Origin: a virus
Taxonomy: Duplodnaviria; Caudoviricetes
Virus record (IMG/VR): IMGVR_UViG_3300016476_000460
Coordinates: 1 to 33,110 of that record
Length of the DNA: 33,110 bases
Strand: one strand, 5' to 3'
Made by a program: the position numbers and the translations under genes. Shown piece after piece: positions 7,312 through 16,149 of the stretch; the first letter of the stretch is position 1, and each line of letters starts with the position of its first letter. The notes below the pieces were generated by a model, which saw only the letters and a program-made list of their open reading frames with translations, had not been told where the DNA came from and did no database searches.

Positions 7312-9159
7312 TTATTTATTAAAATGGGCTGCTCCGAACCCTTCTCTGTTCACTATCTTAACTAAGCCTGCGCTGGTAGGGAACACAAATCCTTCACCTT
7401 CTTGTTTTCCACCAGTCCATTGTTCAAACCCGGTAACTTGTGATTCTAATTGCTGTGCTAAGTTTGCTTTTAGTTTATAGATAGCATTCCAAATTTTAAT
7501 AACAGCATCAAGACCTTGTTTGTTTTGTACTAAATAACCATCATTGTTTCCTATTAGGAACTGATACTGCTTACCACTAATATTCTTAGACAACCATTCA
7601 GGTAAAGTATCATTAGTTTGCTTAGTTATCTTATGGTTAGTATATTTTCTAATAGCATCCCTAGCTACATTTGACAATCCATTCAAGAATTCATCTGCAA
7701 GATTACCATACTTTGCTAATGCTTGTTCTGCGCTAGAAACTAATGCCTTAGGAACTTTCAATGTAAAGTTTACACCTGCTTTAGGAGTTATAACTGCTAC
7801 ATTAGAAGGATTCAGCGCAGGTTCTCCGTTCCATGGAGCGCCATCAAATTCGTGTGCTACAAGTATTCCTACCTTACCACCTATGAGTTTACCTAATTCA
7901 GAGTCAACAGGTACTCTGTATTCAACTGTTGTAGGGCTAAACACATAGTATCCATCTATAGGACGCAACTGTCCTACAGACATTAAATCACCTTTGAACA
8001 ACCCAACAATATTACCAACTGCACGTTCAAGACCATTCCATATCAGTTTGATCTTGTCGTATAAGTCATCTCTGTTCTTGCCTCTGTTAAGATCATATGT
8101 TACCCAATCTTGTGGGCTAGTAGGATTTACATTGTCTGGCATGTACTTGTCTTTTATTGTGAAGGTACCGTCGGGTAGTCTACCAAAGTATAAAGCAATG
8201 CCACCGTCCCATTTGATGCTACCAGTTCCAGGATTAGCAATTGCTTGCTTTAGTGCATTCAAGTACTTTTTCGCTTCAGCACTTCCGTCAAATATTGCAT
8301 CTTCAGGGTGAGGTATTCTAGGGCCTGCAGCTTCCATTAATGGTGCAGATCGTTCTAAAACTAGATTGCGTAGTTTTGCCATTGTTTCTGACAAGCTTTC
8401 TTGTACCTGACTACCCGGTAGCTTAATTAAACCTTTCTCTGCATCTTGTTTAGCTTGTGCTAACTTTCCTTCTTTGTCTGGATCGTTTTCAAGAGCGCGA
8501 AGTATAGACTTAACACTGTTCAAATCATCTTCACTTGCGTTAGGATTCAACAAAATTTTAGCAACTTCTTTTCTAGTTCTACCAATTACTTCGTTGTTAT
8601 CTCTTCTTAATAACTTAGCACCAAAAGGATCAAACTTCAACCCTAAATGTTTTGCGATACTACTAATGAGTAAGAAAATGTCCCCGCCCTTAAACTCTGT
8701 ATCAGAATACATTCCTCTCAACCCGTGCTGATGCCAAGGTGCAACTAATGCAGCTTCATGAATAACCATGATATCTACTTGTGCTGTTCGTTCTTCACCT
8801 GTGCTTTTTTCTTTGTACTTTATACCTACACTAACGTTCCTACCGTTAACATTTGCTTCAACACCCTTAGATTCAAAATAAGCTTTAAGTTTTAACTTAG
8901 CTTCTTTAACTGGGTCTTTTGATTCAAACGTTTTTAATAGTTCTACTAAGTCAGTTGCTTCTACTATAATATCGATATCACCAGACTGAACTTTATACCC
9001 AGCTGAACCAATGTCGGTTTGAATGTTTTTTAGTAGTACAGAAGGTAGCAGTGATTTTGCCTTATTGACAACATCCTTAACGTCTTCTTTTTTTACTGGC
9101 GTTGAATCAGGTATGGCGTTGCCGCCTTCGTAAAGTCTAATCATTTGTATTATGCTCAA
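7312..9159 (-). CDS. Fusion: N-terminal Pol-beta-family nucleotidyltransferase + C-terminal RNA-ligase-like domain
   Basis: GSAG..SGDID plus QVDIM (NTase triad); KWDG, FKGD, EGEGFV, VKIVNR (ligase motifs I, III, IV, V). Confidence 0.65.
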   Translation of the reverse strand: MSIIQMIRLYEGGNAIPDSTPVKKEDVKDVVNKAKSLLPSVLLKNIQTDIGSAGYKVQSGDIDIIVEATDLVELLKTFESKDPVKEAKLKLKAYFESKGVEANVNGRNVSVGIKYKEKSTGEERTAQVDIMVIHEAALVAPWHQHGLRGMYSDTEFKGGDIFLLISSIAKHLGLKFDPFGAKLLRRDNNEVIGRTRKEVAKILLNPNASEDDLNSVKSILRALENDPDKEGKLAQAKQDAEKGLIKLPGSQVQESLSETMAKLRNLVLERSAPLMEAAGPRIPHPEDAIFDGSAEAKKYLNALKQAIANPGTGSIKWDGGIALYFGRLPDGTFTIKDKYMPDNVNPTSPQDWVTYDLNRGKNRDDLYDKIKLIWNGLERAVGNIVGLFKGDLMSVGQLRPIDGYYVFSPTTVEYRVPVDSELGKLIGGKVGILVAHEFDGAPWNGEPALNPSNVAVITPKAGVNFTLKVPKALVSSAEQALAKYGNLADEFLNGLSNVARDAIRKYTNHKITKQTNDTLPEWLSKNISGKQYQFLIGNNDGYLVQNKQGLDAVIKIWNAIYKLKANLAQQLESQVTGFEQWTGGKQEGEGFVFPTSAGLVKIVNREGFGAAHFNK

Positions 9160-9163
9160 GTTA

Positions 9164-9781
9164 TCACTTTTTGTATTTATTCAACAAAGAGGCTAGGTCT
9201 CTTTTGAAGGCATCATCATCCATAGAACTTAGTACGTTAGTTAAAACTTTTTTATCTTCGGGGTTTAATCCTGTATTACGTGATAAGATATCTTGTGCTC
9301 CATATGGTACTCTATCAGAGCCACTAACCAAATTCCATGCTAAATCAGCTAGTTTAGTTATTCCTGCTAGACCCCTATCAGTGTTGTATGATTGTTCTAT
9401 TTCTTTGGCAATAGCATCAACATTAGCTTCTTCGCTTTGCCAATTTACTCCTTTCATGTATGCGTCAAACCATGACTTAACAAACTCTACTGGCGTCATC
9501 AACTTTTGTTCAGAGAGATATTCTTCTACTAGGTCGTTAAAGTATTCGTATTCTTCTGTAACAGTAGATGAAGTTGCATTCATTTTAACTCGTGCTTTTA
9601 TTAAACCAGCATCCATATATTTTTTTGCATCGGCGTTAAAATCTTTTATAAAATCTTTTATGAACAATTTTTTAGATTTTTCAGAAATTTTATCCTGATT
9701 ATCCCTATTAGATGAACTCCCTATATTACCTAAATCAGAAAAGAATCCTTCTTCTAGTTTTTTAAATTGACTAACTTTCAT
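9164..9781 (-). CDS. Hypothetical protein, possible internal head protein
   Basis: ORF; N-terminus MKVSQFKKLEE-GFF. Confidence 0.55.
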   Translation of the reverse strand: MKVSQFKKLEEGFFSDLGNIGSSSNRDNQDKISEKSKKLFIKDFIKDFNADAKKYMDAGLIKARVKMNATSSTVTEEYEYFNDLVEEYLSEQKLMTPVEFVKSWFDAYMKGVNWQSEEANVDAIAKEIEQSYNTDRGLAGITKLADLAWNLVSGSDRVPYGAQDILSRNTGLNPEDKKVLTNVLSSMDDDAFKRDLASLLNKYKK

Positions 9782-10016
9782 CGCGTTTCCTTAAGGATTT
9801 AGAAAATCTTTCTTGGTCGCGGCCTTTGATTGCACTTAGCAGTTTCTTTTCTAGAAGCTCAGCCTTTTCAGGTGAGTAGTGCTTTTTCATCAACTCTAAT
9901 AAGTTGATAGCACTTGTAATAACATTATTAGCACGGTTTTCAATAAGATGATTTACATCTCTATTGTTTCCCATGCTTTCTAATTCTTCTAAAAGACTGC
10001 GTGTTTTCTTTTGCAT
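9771..10016 (-). CDS. Small helical hypothetical protein
   Basis: ORF directly downstream of GATAAATA box 10033-10040. Confidence 0.65.
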   Translation of the reverse strand: MQKKTRSLLEELESMGNNRDVNHLIENRANNVITSAINLLELMKKHYSPEKAELLEKKLLSAIKGRDQERFSKSLRKRDES

Positions 10017-10044
10017 ACGAGAACCTTTATTATATTTATCTTGA

Positions 10045-11400
10045 TTAATTATTCTTTAAGGAGTTTAACATGTTTCTAAGCTTACTGCCTTGTACATCTG
10101 CTACAACTTTTTTCTCAGGTTGATATACTTCACCTGTGTTCATGTCTACAGTTTCATTTGACGACATAGTACTCATTGGCTTAATCTTGTTCATAATATC
10201 AGTAGCAGATTGACGACCACCAGAAGAACTATCGTCACCGCCTTCGTCTGTAATTCTCATAGTATCCATGTTATAGTCTAGATCAATCTTTTGACCTACA
10301 CCAGTAGAACTACGTGACTTCATACACTGAATTTGATACTTACCTCGTTCTTTCATTGATCTGCTTGTAAAGATACCAAATACATAGTCAGCAGTATTGA
10401 TTTTAGAAATACCACCAGCAATGTGACTATGATCAAACTCGACTTCTTCAACAGCCGATCTGTTTAGCTGTGAAGCAGTTACCATTAGTACGCCCAATTC
10501 TTTTGCTAAGTTTCTTAATTCTTCTGAAACATACTTGTCTTTAATAAACTGATCATTAGGATTTACTTTTACTGATACGGGCATTACAAGATCCAAGTAG
10601 TCAATCATTACAAAGTCTACTGGCATTCCTGTTTGTATCTGAACTTCTTTGATATAGCTTCTGATAGCGTTTACATTGCTTTGTGCAGGTAATCCTTTAA
10701 CACGATATTGGCCTGACTTTTTCGCAGCCATTTTGACTTTTAGTTCTACAGTGTCTAAGTCTTTTCTGATATCTTTTGTGCTCATGCTGGTTAACATAGC
10801 ATCTGTTCTTAGTGCTGTTAACTCTTCAGAAAGTTCTAGTGTGATATAAACACCGCTTAATCCTTGTGACAAAAAGTTAAGAGCCAAGTTCATCATTACT
10901 AGCGACTTACCTGAATTATGACTACAAATTCCCGCAGTATAGTATCTGTGATTTTTGTGGCCTACTGATAGATCATATACTTTGGTTCTATTTTGATAGA
11001 AAGTAATCTCTTTTATTTCTTCAGACCCTCTTTCACTTAGTATTGTATCGCCCTTATTAAGGTCTCTGGTATAGTGCCAAGATTTATCAGGTTTTTGAAA
11101 CAAATGATCATGACTAGCATCAATCGTAGTACCGTTAGAAAAAACTACTTTGTACATATCAGATTTTATTTTTTGGATACAATCCATTACTTGTACTAAC
11201 CCGTCGGGACTAGTAACTAGAAAGTTGCTTTTTTCAGTTTTTCCATATAGACTACCTATAGGGACTTTTTTTGGTTGCGTCTTTTGATATAGTGATAGTA
11301 TTTTAGTACTATCTCCCTTGGCATAATTATCTAGTTCTGCTAAGGTGTAAAACCTACTTAAATACGCTATTTCTTTACTTGCGTCTGTGTAATAATTCAT
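10045..11400 (-). CDS. dnaB: DnaB/gp41 replicative helicase C-terminal part, preceded by the C-fragment of a split intein
   Basis: After HN|S: SGKS, YITLELSE, IDYLDL (Walker B), TASQLNR, MKSR motifs. Confidence 0.92.
   Translation of the reverse strand: MNYYTDASKEIAYLSRFYTLAELDNYAKGDSTKILSLYQKTQPKKVPIGSLYGKTEKSNFLVTSPDGLVQVMDCIQKIKSDMYKVVFSNGTTIDASHDHLFQKPDKSWHYTRDLNKGDTILSERGSEEIKEITFYQNRTKVYDLSVGHKNHRYYTAGICSHNSGKSLVMMNLALNFLSQGLSGVYITLELSEELTALRTDAMLTSMSTKDIRKDLDTVELKVKMAAKKSGQYRVKGLPAQSNVNAIRSYIKEVQIQTGMPVDFVMIDYLDLVMPVSVKVNPNDQFIKDKYVSEELRNLAKELGVLMVTASQLNRSAVEEVEFDHSHIAGGISKINTADYVFGIFTSRSMKERGKYQIQCMKSRSSTGVGQKIDLDYNMDTMRITDEGGDDSSSGGRQSATDIMNKIKPMSTMSSNETVDMNTGEVYQPEKKVVADVQGSKLRNMLNSLKNN
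10915..11400 (-). mobile_element. Split intein C-fragment (IntC, 162 aa)
   Basis: Block B IDASHDHLF, block F VYDLSV, block G GICSHN followed by Ser+1. Confidence 0.9.
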
Positions 11401-12457
11401 TTATTTTAAATCTCTCGTTTTTAAGGTCGTCAAACCACATGACTATGTATTTTGTATCCGGGTAATTCTCTTGTATAAACTGTTTCTTTACTAAATCATT
11501 TTTATAAGAATCACCATAGGTCCCTAAGTGTAATATTTGTTTTCCGTTAATCGTGATCAGTTCATTTTCTAGTAAAGGGCAATAATCTGAAAAATTGATA
11601 TGTCCCGGGCCATGGTATTCTAATATAATTTCTAATTCTGTCTTGTTGTAGTCTTTGAATACTGCTAGATCATATCTGCGATAACCTATACCGGGTATCA
11701 ATTGTGTGAATTGATTTTTAGGTGGTCCGAACATGCATCTAGTTGGGTTTATATTATTAGCTTCTAAAAATCCATATATAGATTTCATCTCATGTCCATT
11801 TTTATTATAATATTTAGGGGCTGTTTTTTTGCCGTGCTCTTTTTTATCTTTAGTTTCCCATGTGTCTTTTCTTTTACTTTTAGAATGTTCATACTTCCTT
11901 AAACCTTCAGCTTCACCATATTTGCTTATGAAAAAATCTAAGTCTCGTTTTTGTAATGATGATATTTTATCACAAGCCTCTTCTTCAGTAAAACCGTTTT
12001 TTATCCAATACTGAATACACCTAACTGACCCCGTTAAATCCCCTTTTCTCTTTTTGCCAGAGCTTGATTGATGATCCGCTATCTTTTTTAAAACATCAGA
12101 TTCATTATACCCTTTAGATGCCCAGTATTGTATAGTAGAAGGAAGCATTTTTTTCTTTTCGTCAGCAAATTGGTTATATAATATTATTCCTTGTTCTTCA
12201 CCGTACTTTAAAATAAAAAAGTCTTTACTATTGGACGTAGTATTACTCATTTCCTTTCTTCGTCTTATCCATTCAGTTTGGTTATATTTTATCCATATAG
12301 CAATATTTTTCCTCCATATGAAGCTACGATCACGATCAGTAAATTCATCAAAAAAATTGATTAATTCTTTTTTGTGGTCATCCGATAATTCATAATTTGG
12401 TCCCAGTATTTCTATAACCGGTTTTGATTTTATAAAAAAATCTATAATATTTTTCAT
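11375..12457 (-). CDS. Free-standing Vsr-like (PD-(D/E)xK) homing endonuclease between the helicase halves
   Basis: C-terminal YD..ILEYHGPGH..D..KK..YIVMW pattern; repeated KYGExxG and YWxxxG units; GGAGG spacing favours ATG 12457 over 12466. Confidence 0.75.
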   Translation of the reverse strand: MKNIIDFFIKSKPVIEILGPNYELSDDHKKELINFFDEFTDRDRSFIWRKNIAIWIKYNQTEWIRRRKEMSNTTSNSKDFFILKYGEEQGIILYNQFADEKKKMLPSTIQYWASKGYNESDVLKKIADHQSSSGKKRKGDLTGSVRCIQYWIKNGFTEEEACDKISSLQKRDLDFFISKYGEAEGLRKYEHSKSKRKDTWETKDKKEHGKKTAPKYYNKNGHEMKSIYGFLEANNINPTRCMFGPPKNQFTQLIPGIGYRRYDLAVFKDYNKTELEIILEYHGPGHINFSDYCPLLENELITINGKQILHLGTYGDSYKNDLVKKQFIQENYPDTKYIVMWFDDLKNERFKINELLHRRK

Positions 12458-12505
12458 TATCCGCATCCTCCGTAATATTATTTAACGCTTGCGGTTGCGG
12501 ATAAT
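12456..12505 (-). promoter_or_regulatory. Translation-blocking hairpin with late promoter TTAAATA in its loop
   Basis: Perfect 10-bp inverted repeat 12456-12465 / 12496-12505; TTAAATA at 12479-12485. Confidence 0.65.
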
Positions 12506-12509
12506 ATAC

Positions 12510-13127
12510 TTATATATTATCACAAGATAAATCCGGTAACTCAATAACTTCTACTAGCGTATCATATGTGACACATCCTGATCCACCAGCAAAGATGTTT
12601 AGTTCACCTCTGCTCATGCCACCATACATGATTTTGTCTAGCTGAGGCCAACCTGTGCTTACTTGTCCACCTTGATTGAAATATCTGTTCAACCGTTCTT
12701 TAGGGTCACCAAAGTAATTTGTGCCCATATCTCGCTGTAATGATATCTGAACCGCGTCTTTGATCAGCTTTTCAACTGGATCATATTCACCCTTTTCTAA
12801 CAGTTCGGCTGATTTTAAGATCGCTCGTTCTAATTCTTGACGTTTAGTAAAATTCTCAAACTCAGTTAGAAAGAATTCAGTGTGTCCTTGTGAGTCTAAG
12901 TCAGCTATGCGTTCAATTTCTATACCGGTAGCTGCTTTAATTTGCACAGGATCAGGTAAGATATTGTATTGCTGTGCGTGTTCAACCATAAACTCTGCTA
13001 CAGGTCTTACGTTCCTGTCAAAGTTTTGTGGATTCATGATATTCATTACGCGGGTATAGAGATCCGCGTTTGTTACCATCATTCGTAAGAATAATGTTTG
13101 TACTTCTGTATTAAACTCTTTTAGCAA
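12510..13127 (-). CDS. dnaB: DnaB/gp41 helicase N-terminal part ending in a short split-intein N-fragment
   Basis: STGWPQLDKIMYGGMSRGELNIFAGGSG then CVTYDTLVEV..; Walker A truncated at the Cys. Confidence 0.92.
   Translation of the reverse strand: MLKEFNTEVQTLFLRMMVTNADLYTRVMNIMNPQNFDRNVRPVAEFMVEHAQQYNILPDPVQIKAATGIEIERIADLDSQGHTEFFLTEFENFTKRQELERAILKSAELLEKGEYDPVEKLIKDAVQISLQRDMGTNYFGDPKERLNRYFNQGGQVSTGWPQLDKIMYGGMSRGELNIFAGGSGCVTYDTLVEVIELPDLSCDNI
12513..12575 (-). mobile_element. Split intein N-fragment (IntN, 21 aa, CVTYDTLVEVIELPDLSCDNI)
   Basis: Block A pattern C-h-x-x-D-T-x-V then stop. Confidence 0.88.
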
Positions 13128-14100
13128 TCTTTTTTCTCCTCAATTCTAATTTTATTCTGCTCATTGTCGCTGATTGTATTATAGACAATAGAGTAGGAAG
13201 TCTGCCATACCGCACCGTGGCCTCGTTTACATCTTTGATAGGTATACCTTTATCATTTAAGCCCCACTCAGGTAAGCTTACTTGATACCCTAATTCTAAT
13301 GCTTGATCAATCAAGTCTAATCCTGTTTTATCTTGATCAGGAACTACAATAATAGTTCTGTTTAATCGTCTTAGTAACTCTTGTTGTTCTAAACTAATCG
13401 TACTAGTACCCAACGCACAAGCATCTATACTTAGTGCGTCAAATATACCTTCAACTACGATACAAATAGACCAATCAGGTTTTTGAAAATCATACCCAAA
13501 TAGATAACCAGTGGGCTGATCGTTTAGATACTTTGGCTTACTGTCGTCTAAGAATCTGCTAGTATTACCAACAATCTTTCCTTTGTATGTAAAAGGAATG
13601 ATAATTCTATTTGAATTTCTTCCTATCTCATTAGGTGTAACTAAAAACGGATATTCATCATAATGTATTTTTCTGTTTTCTATGTATTCAATAAATTTAT
13701 GATGATTTGGATTGTTGATATCCAGTACTTCGCTATTCTCGGGAAGTTCTTTTTCTTTGAAGTTAATAGTTACATTCCGAACGACTGGCGTAATGTAATC
13801 TAAGATATCTTTGTTTTGTATGCTTTCTAAGCCGATCTTTGTGATCAAGCTTTCATCAGCACCGCACCATTTTAAGAATAGTTTAGTGTTAGCAGAAAGA
13901 GGTTTACCAAGTTCAAATCTACATTTGAAATGGCAATTGAAACAACTGTATGTAAAGTTGTAGTTGTCTTTTATCAAGCCGCCACGCATTCTTTTATCGG
14001 GCTTATGACCACGATGATGACAGCACGGCGCGTTAAAACTTATCCAGCCTTTTGCTGTTGTTTTTCTTTTACCGGGTATAATTGTGATAATATCAAACAT
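13111..14100 (-). CDS. dnaG: DNA primase (DnaG/gp61-like)
   Basis: Zn-binding CC..CFNC; TOPRIM VEGIFDA and VPDQD; KDVNE; adjacent to helicase. Confidence 0.88.
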   Translation of the reverse strand: MFDIITIIPGKRKTTAKGWISFNAPCCHHRGHKPDKRMRGGLIKDNYNFTYSCFNCHFKCRFELGKPLSANTKLFLKWCGADESLITKIGLESIQNKDILDYITPVVRNVTINFKEKELPENSEVLDINNPNHHKFIEYIENRKIHYDEYPFLVTPNEIGRNSNRIIIPFTYKGKIVGNTSRFLDDSKPKYLNDQPTGYLFGYDFQKPDWSICIVVEGIFDALSIDACALGTSTISLEQQELLRRLNRTIIVVPDQDKTGLDLIDQALELGYQVSLPEWGLNDKGIPIKDVNEATVRYGRLPTLLSIIQSATMSRIKLELRRKKIAKRV

Positions 14101-14106
14101 TCTGTA

Positions 14107-14134
14107 ATTATAACAGAATCATACGACTAATCAA
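14107..14134 (-). promoter_or_regulatory. sigma70-like promoter TTGATT-N16-TATAAT, likely giving a leaderless primase mRNA
   Basis: -10 ends 6 nt before ATG 14100; extended -10 TG. Confidence 0.5.
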
Positions 14135-14138
14135 TAGA

Positions 14139-14900
14139 TTACCTTGCCAAGATGTTATCGACTTCGCCCTGTGTGCTGTTAAATTGCATTCTTATGAATG
14201 GATGGAATCCTGTGATCGTATATCCTTTTGTATCAGAAACATTAGAGTATTCTTCAGTTACAATTGTATACCAATCACTGTCTACTAATGTGGAACCTTG
14301 TATAACCACATTACCTTCATATTCGTTATACTGTGCCTGTATAGTTAGGATAGGATTATCTTGAGTATTGATCACGCTGCTGTAGTAAGTAAAGTTGGAA
14401 CTTATGTTTGGATTCACATTAGGAAAGGCTTGTCCAGTAGGAATAGTAACAATTTCAGAAGGAACAAAGGAAGGAAGTATAGAATTAACTATATTCAAAT
14501 CCCCTCTTGCTCCTGCGTTTTGGTCTAGATAAACAGGAAAATCAAACTGTCCTGAAGGAATTTCCAAACTGTAATAAGCTTTTTGAGTTGGAATGTTTTC
14601 TATTTCTGCTGCGTTTAACTGAAGTAGTGTTATCCCGGTTACCGGTAACTGTGGTGTCAATGCTTTTGTAAGCAACGTCTTAGTACCATCATAACTTATA
14701 ATTCTAAAAGTAATTGTTTTACCTGTGATATCCTGGGGTTTTTGTTCTTGATTCAAGAACTGAAACTGTAGCTGATTGTCTACGCCCTTATGAATTGAAA
14801 GTGGCTTACTGTATTGTGGCATATAACTCCTGGGACTGGTTCCGGATAATACGACTACTATTTGTCGCTGTGTGTAAATGAAAACTTGTGTTGAGTACAC
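14139..14900 (-). CDS. Hypothetical beta-rich protein, possibly structural
   Basis: GTG start with AAGGA SD; CTAAATA box at 14920-14926. Confidence 0.6.
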   Translation of the reverse strand: MYSTQVFIYTQRQIVVVLSGTSPRSYMPQYSKPLSIHKGVDNQLQFQFLNQEQKPQDITGKTITFRIISYDGTKTLLTKALTPQLPVTGITLLQLNAAEIENIPTQKAYYSLEIPSGQFDFPVYLDQNAGARGDLNIVNSILPSFVPSEIVTIPTGQAFPNVNPNISSNFTYYSSVINTQDNPILTIQAQYNEYEGNVVIQGSTLVDSDWYTIVTEEYSNVSDTKGYTITGFHPFIRMQFNSTQGEVDNILAR

Positions 14901-14958
14901 GAATATCGTCCTTTAAGTATATTTAGTCTTTATTAAATTTATTTGTTTTTGAATCGGG

Positions 14959-14966
14959 TATAAATA
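14959..14966 (+). promoter_or_regulatory. Canonical T4-type late promoter TATAAATA
   Basis: Exact octamer 8 nt before ATG 14975; back-to-back with minus-strand CTAAATA. Confidence 0.7.
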
Positions 14967-14974
14967 TCATTAAT

Positions 14975-15355
14975 ATGAGTTCAGAAGATTTTTTTAAGAA
15001 ATTAAGTGACAGTCACCCTTTTATAACGGTGTGTCACTACGCCAACCAAGACTATGTAGGCATAGTTCAAAATAGGGACGAAGTAGTAACTACGATATAC
15101 GATTATGGTGCTATCGTAGAAGCAGAACTTAAAGAAAAGTTCTTGGAATTGGGTGATCAATGGTGGTGGGAATCAAATAGGTTAATACCCATTAACATCT
15201 TTTTGAAAGATGAATGGGTAGTTTTCAAACCCTACTTACGAACATTCAATAACAAAAGCTTGAATATATTACACGGACCGACAGTTAGTTTAACTGAGTT
15301 AGGAAAAAGAAGATCAAAAAGACGATCAATTACTTTAGTTAAACGGCTCTTCTAG
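14975..15355 (+). CDS. Hypothetical protein (DQWWWESNRLIPI motif)
   Basis: Fills a gap on the plus strand, has its own promoter. Confidence 0.75.
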   Translation: MSSEDFFKKLSDSHPFITVCHYANQDYVGIVQNRDEVVTTIYDYGAIVEAELKEKFLELGDQWWWESNRLIPINIFLKDEWVVFKPYLRTFNNKSLNILHGPTVSLTELGKRRSKRRSITLVKRLF

Positions 15356-15836
15356 CTCTTATCTTTTTTCTCTTTTCTTTTGCTCTATCAAGTGCTAACT
15401 TACTAACTTTAGTGTCAAAGCAAATTCCCCATAAGTGATCACTTTCATGCTGAAATACTCGTGCCATCAAACCAGTTAATTCTTGCTCAACTTTTTCACC
15501 GGCTACGTTGTAGTATTTTACACTAATATCCTTATAACGTTCCACATACATCCAAAGATCAGGAAAGCTTAAACATCCTTCTTGATCTCTAACTCGTTCA
15601 GTACCTGATATGATTTCAGGATTGATACAAGCTACTAAGTGGTCAGGATTGCCCATAACAAATATACGTTTAGATATGCCGCATTGCGGAGCAGCTAACC
15701 CTATGCCGTTATGCAGAACCATTAGCTTAGCCATTGCTTTTACTAATTCACTAGGGTCACCGTCTTTTTCCCAGTCCCATGCTTCTGCTACTTCTCTTAG
15801 TATTTCACTATCTTCTGGTATTAATTTAAGATCCAT
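15339..15836 (-). CDS. def: Peptide deformylase
   Basis: GIGLAAPQ, EGCLS, QHESDHL motifs; start probably MDLKLIP. Confidence 0.95.
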   Translation of the reverse strand: MDLKLIPEDSEILREVAEAWDWEKDGDPSELVKAMAKLMVLHNGIGLAAPQCGISKRIFVMGNPDHLVACINPEIISGTERVRDQEGCLSFPDLWMYVERYKDISVKYYNVAGEKVEQELTGLMARVFQHESDHLWGICFDTKVSKLALDRAKEKRKKIRARRAV

Positions 15837-16149
15837 GTTGTTTACTCGGTGGTAAAAACCCAGAGACACCTCTAGGAAGGTCTAGCTGTTCTAATGAAAG
15901 AATACAATAATCTCTGTCAAGTGCCGCGCTAGAAAACGCACATGGTGTATCTCTAGAGGTAATATATGTAATCTTCATTCGTAGCTCTTCTCCAGTATAT
16001 TTTCCAGTGAATGGATCATATTCTTGAAGAACTAGTACGTCTCCTACAGCGTATTTTCTATCTTTCAAGTCTCGCATATCATGCTTCTTTTCCCCGCGCA
16101 AAAATGCTTGGAAAAAAGGTACCCAACTCTTTACTTTATGTTCTGTCAT
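15826..16149 (-). CDS. ASCH/PUA-like (DUF3850-type) protein
   Basis: K.W..FF.....G.K....R..DR.Y.VGD.L.L.EY pattern. Confidence 0.75.
   Translation of the reverse strand: MTEHKVKSWVPFFQAFLRGEKKHDMRDLKDRKYAVGDVLVLQEYDPFTGKYTGEELRMKITYITSRDTPCAFSSAALDRDYCILSLEQLDLPRGVSGFLPPSKQHGS

Noticed and set aside
11375-12512. Group I intron interrupting the helicase
   Set aside because: The intervening ORF overlaps the downstream gene and leaves only ~45 non-coding bp, too little for a ribozyme core; intein motifs explain the break
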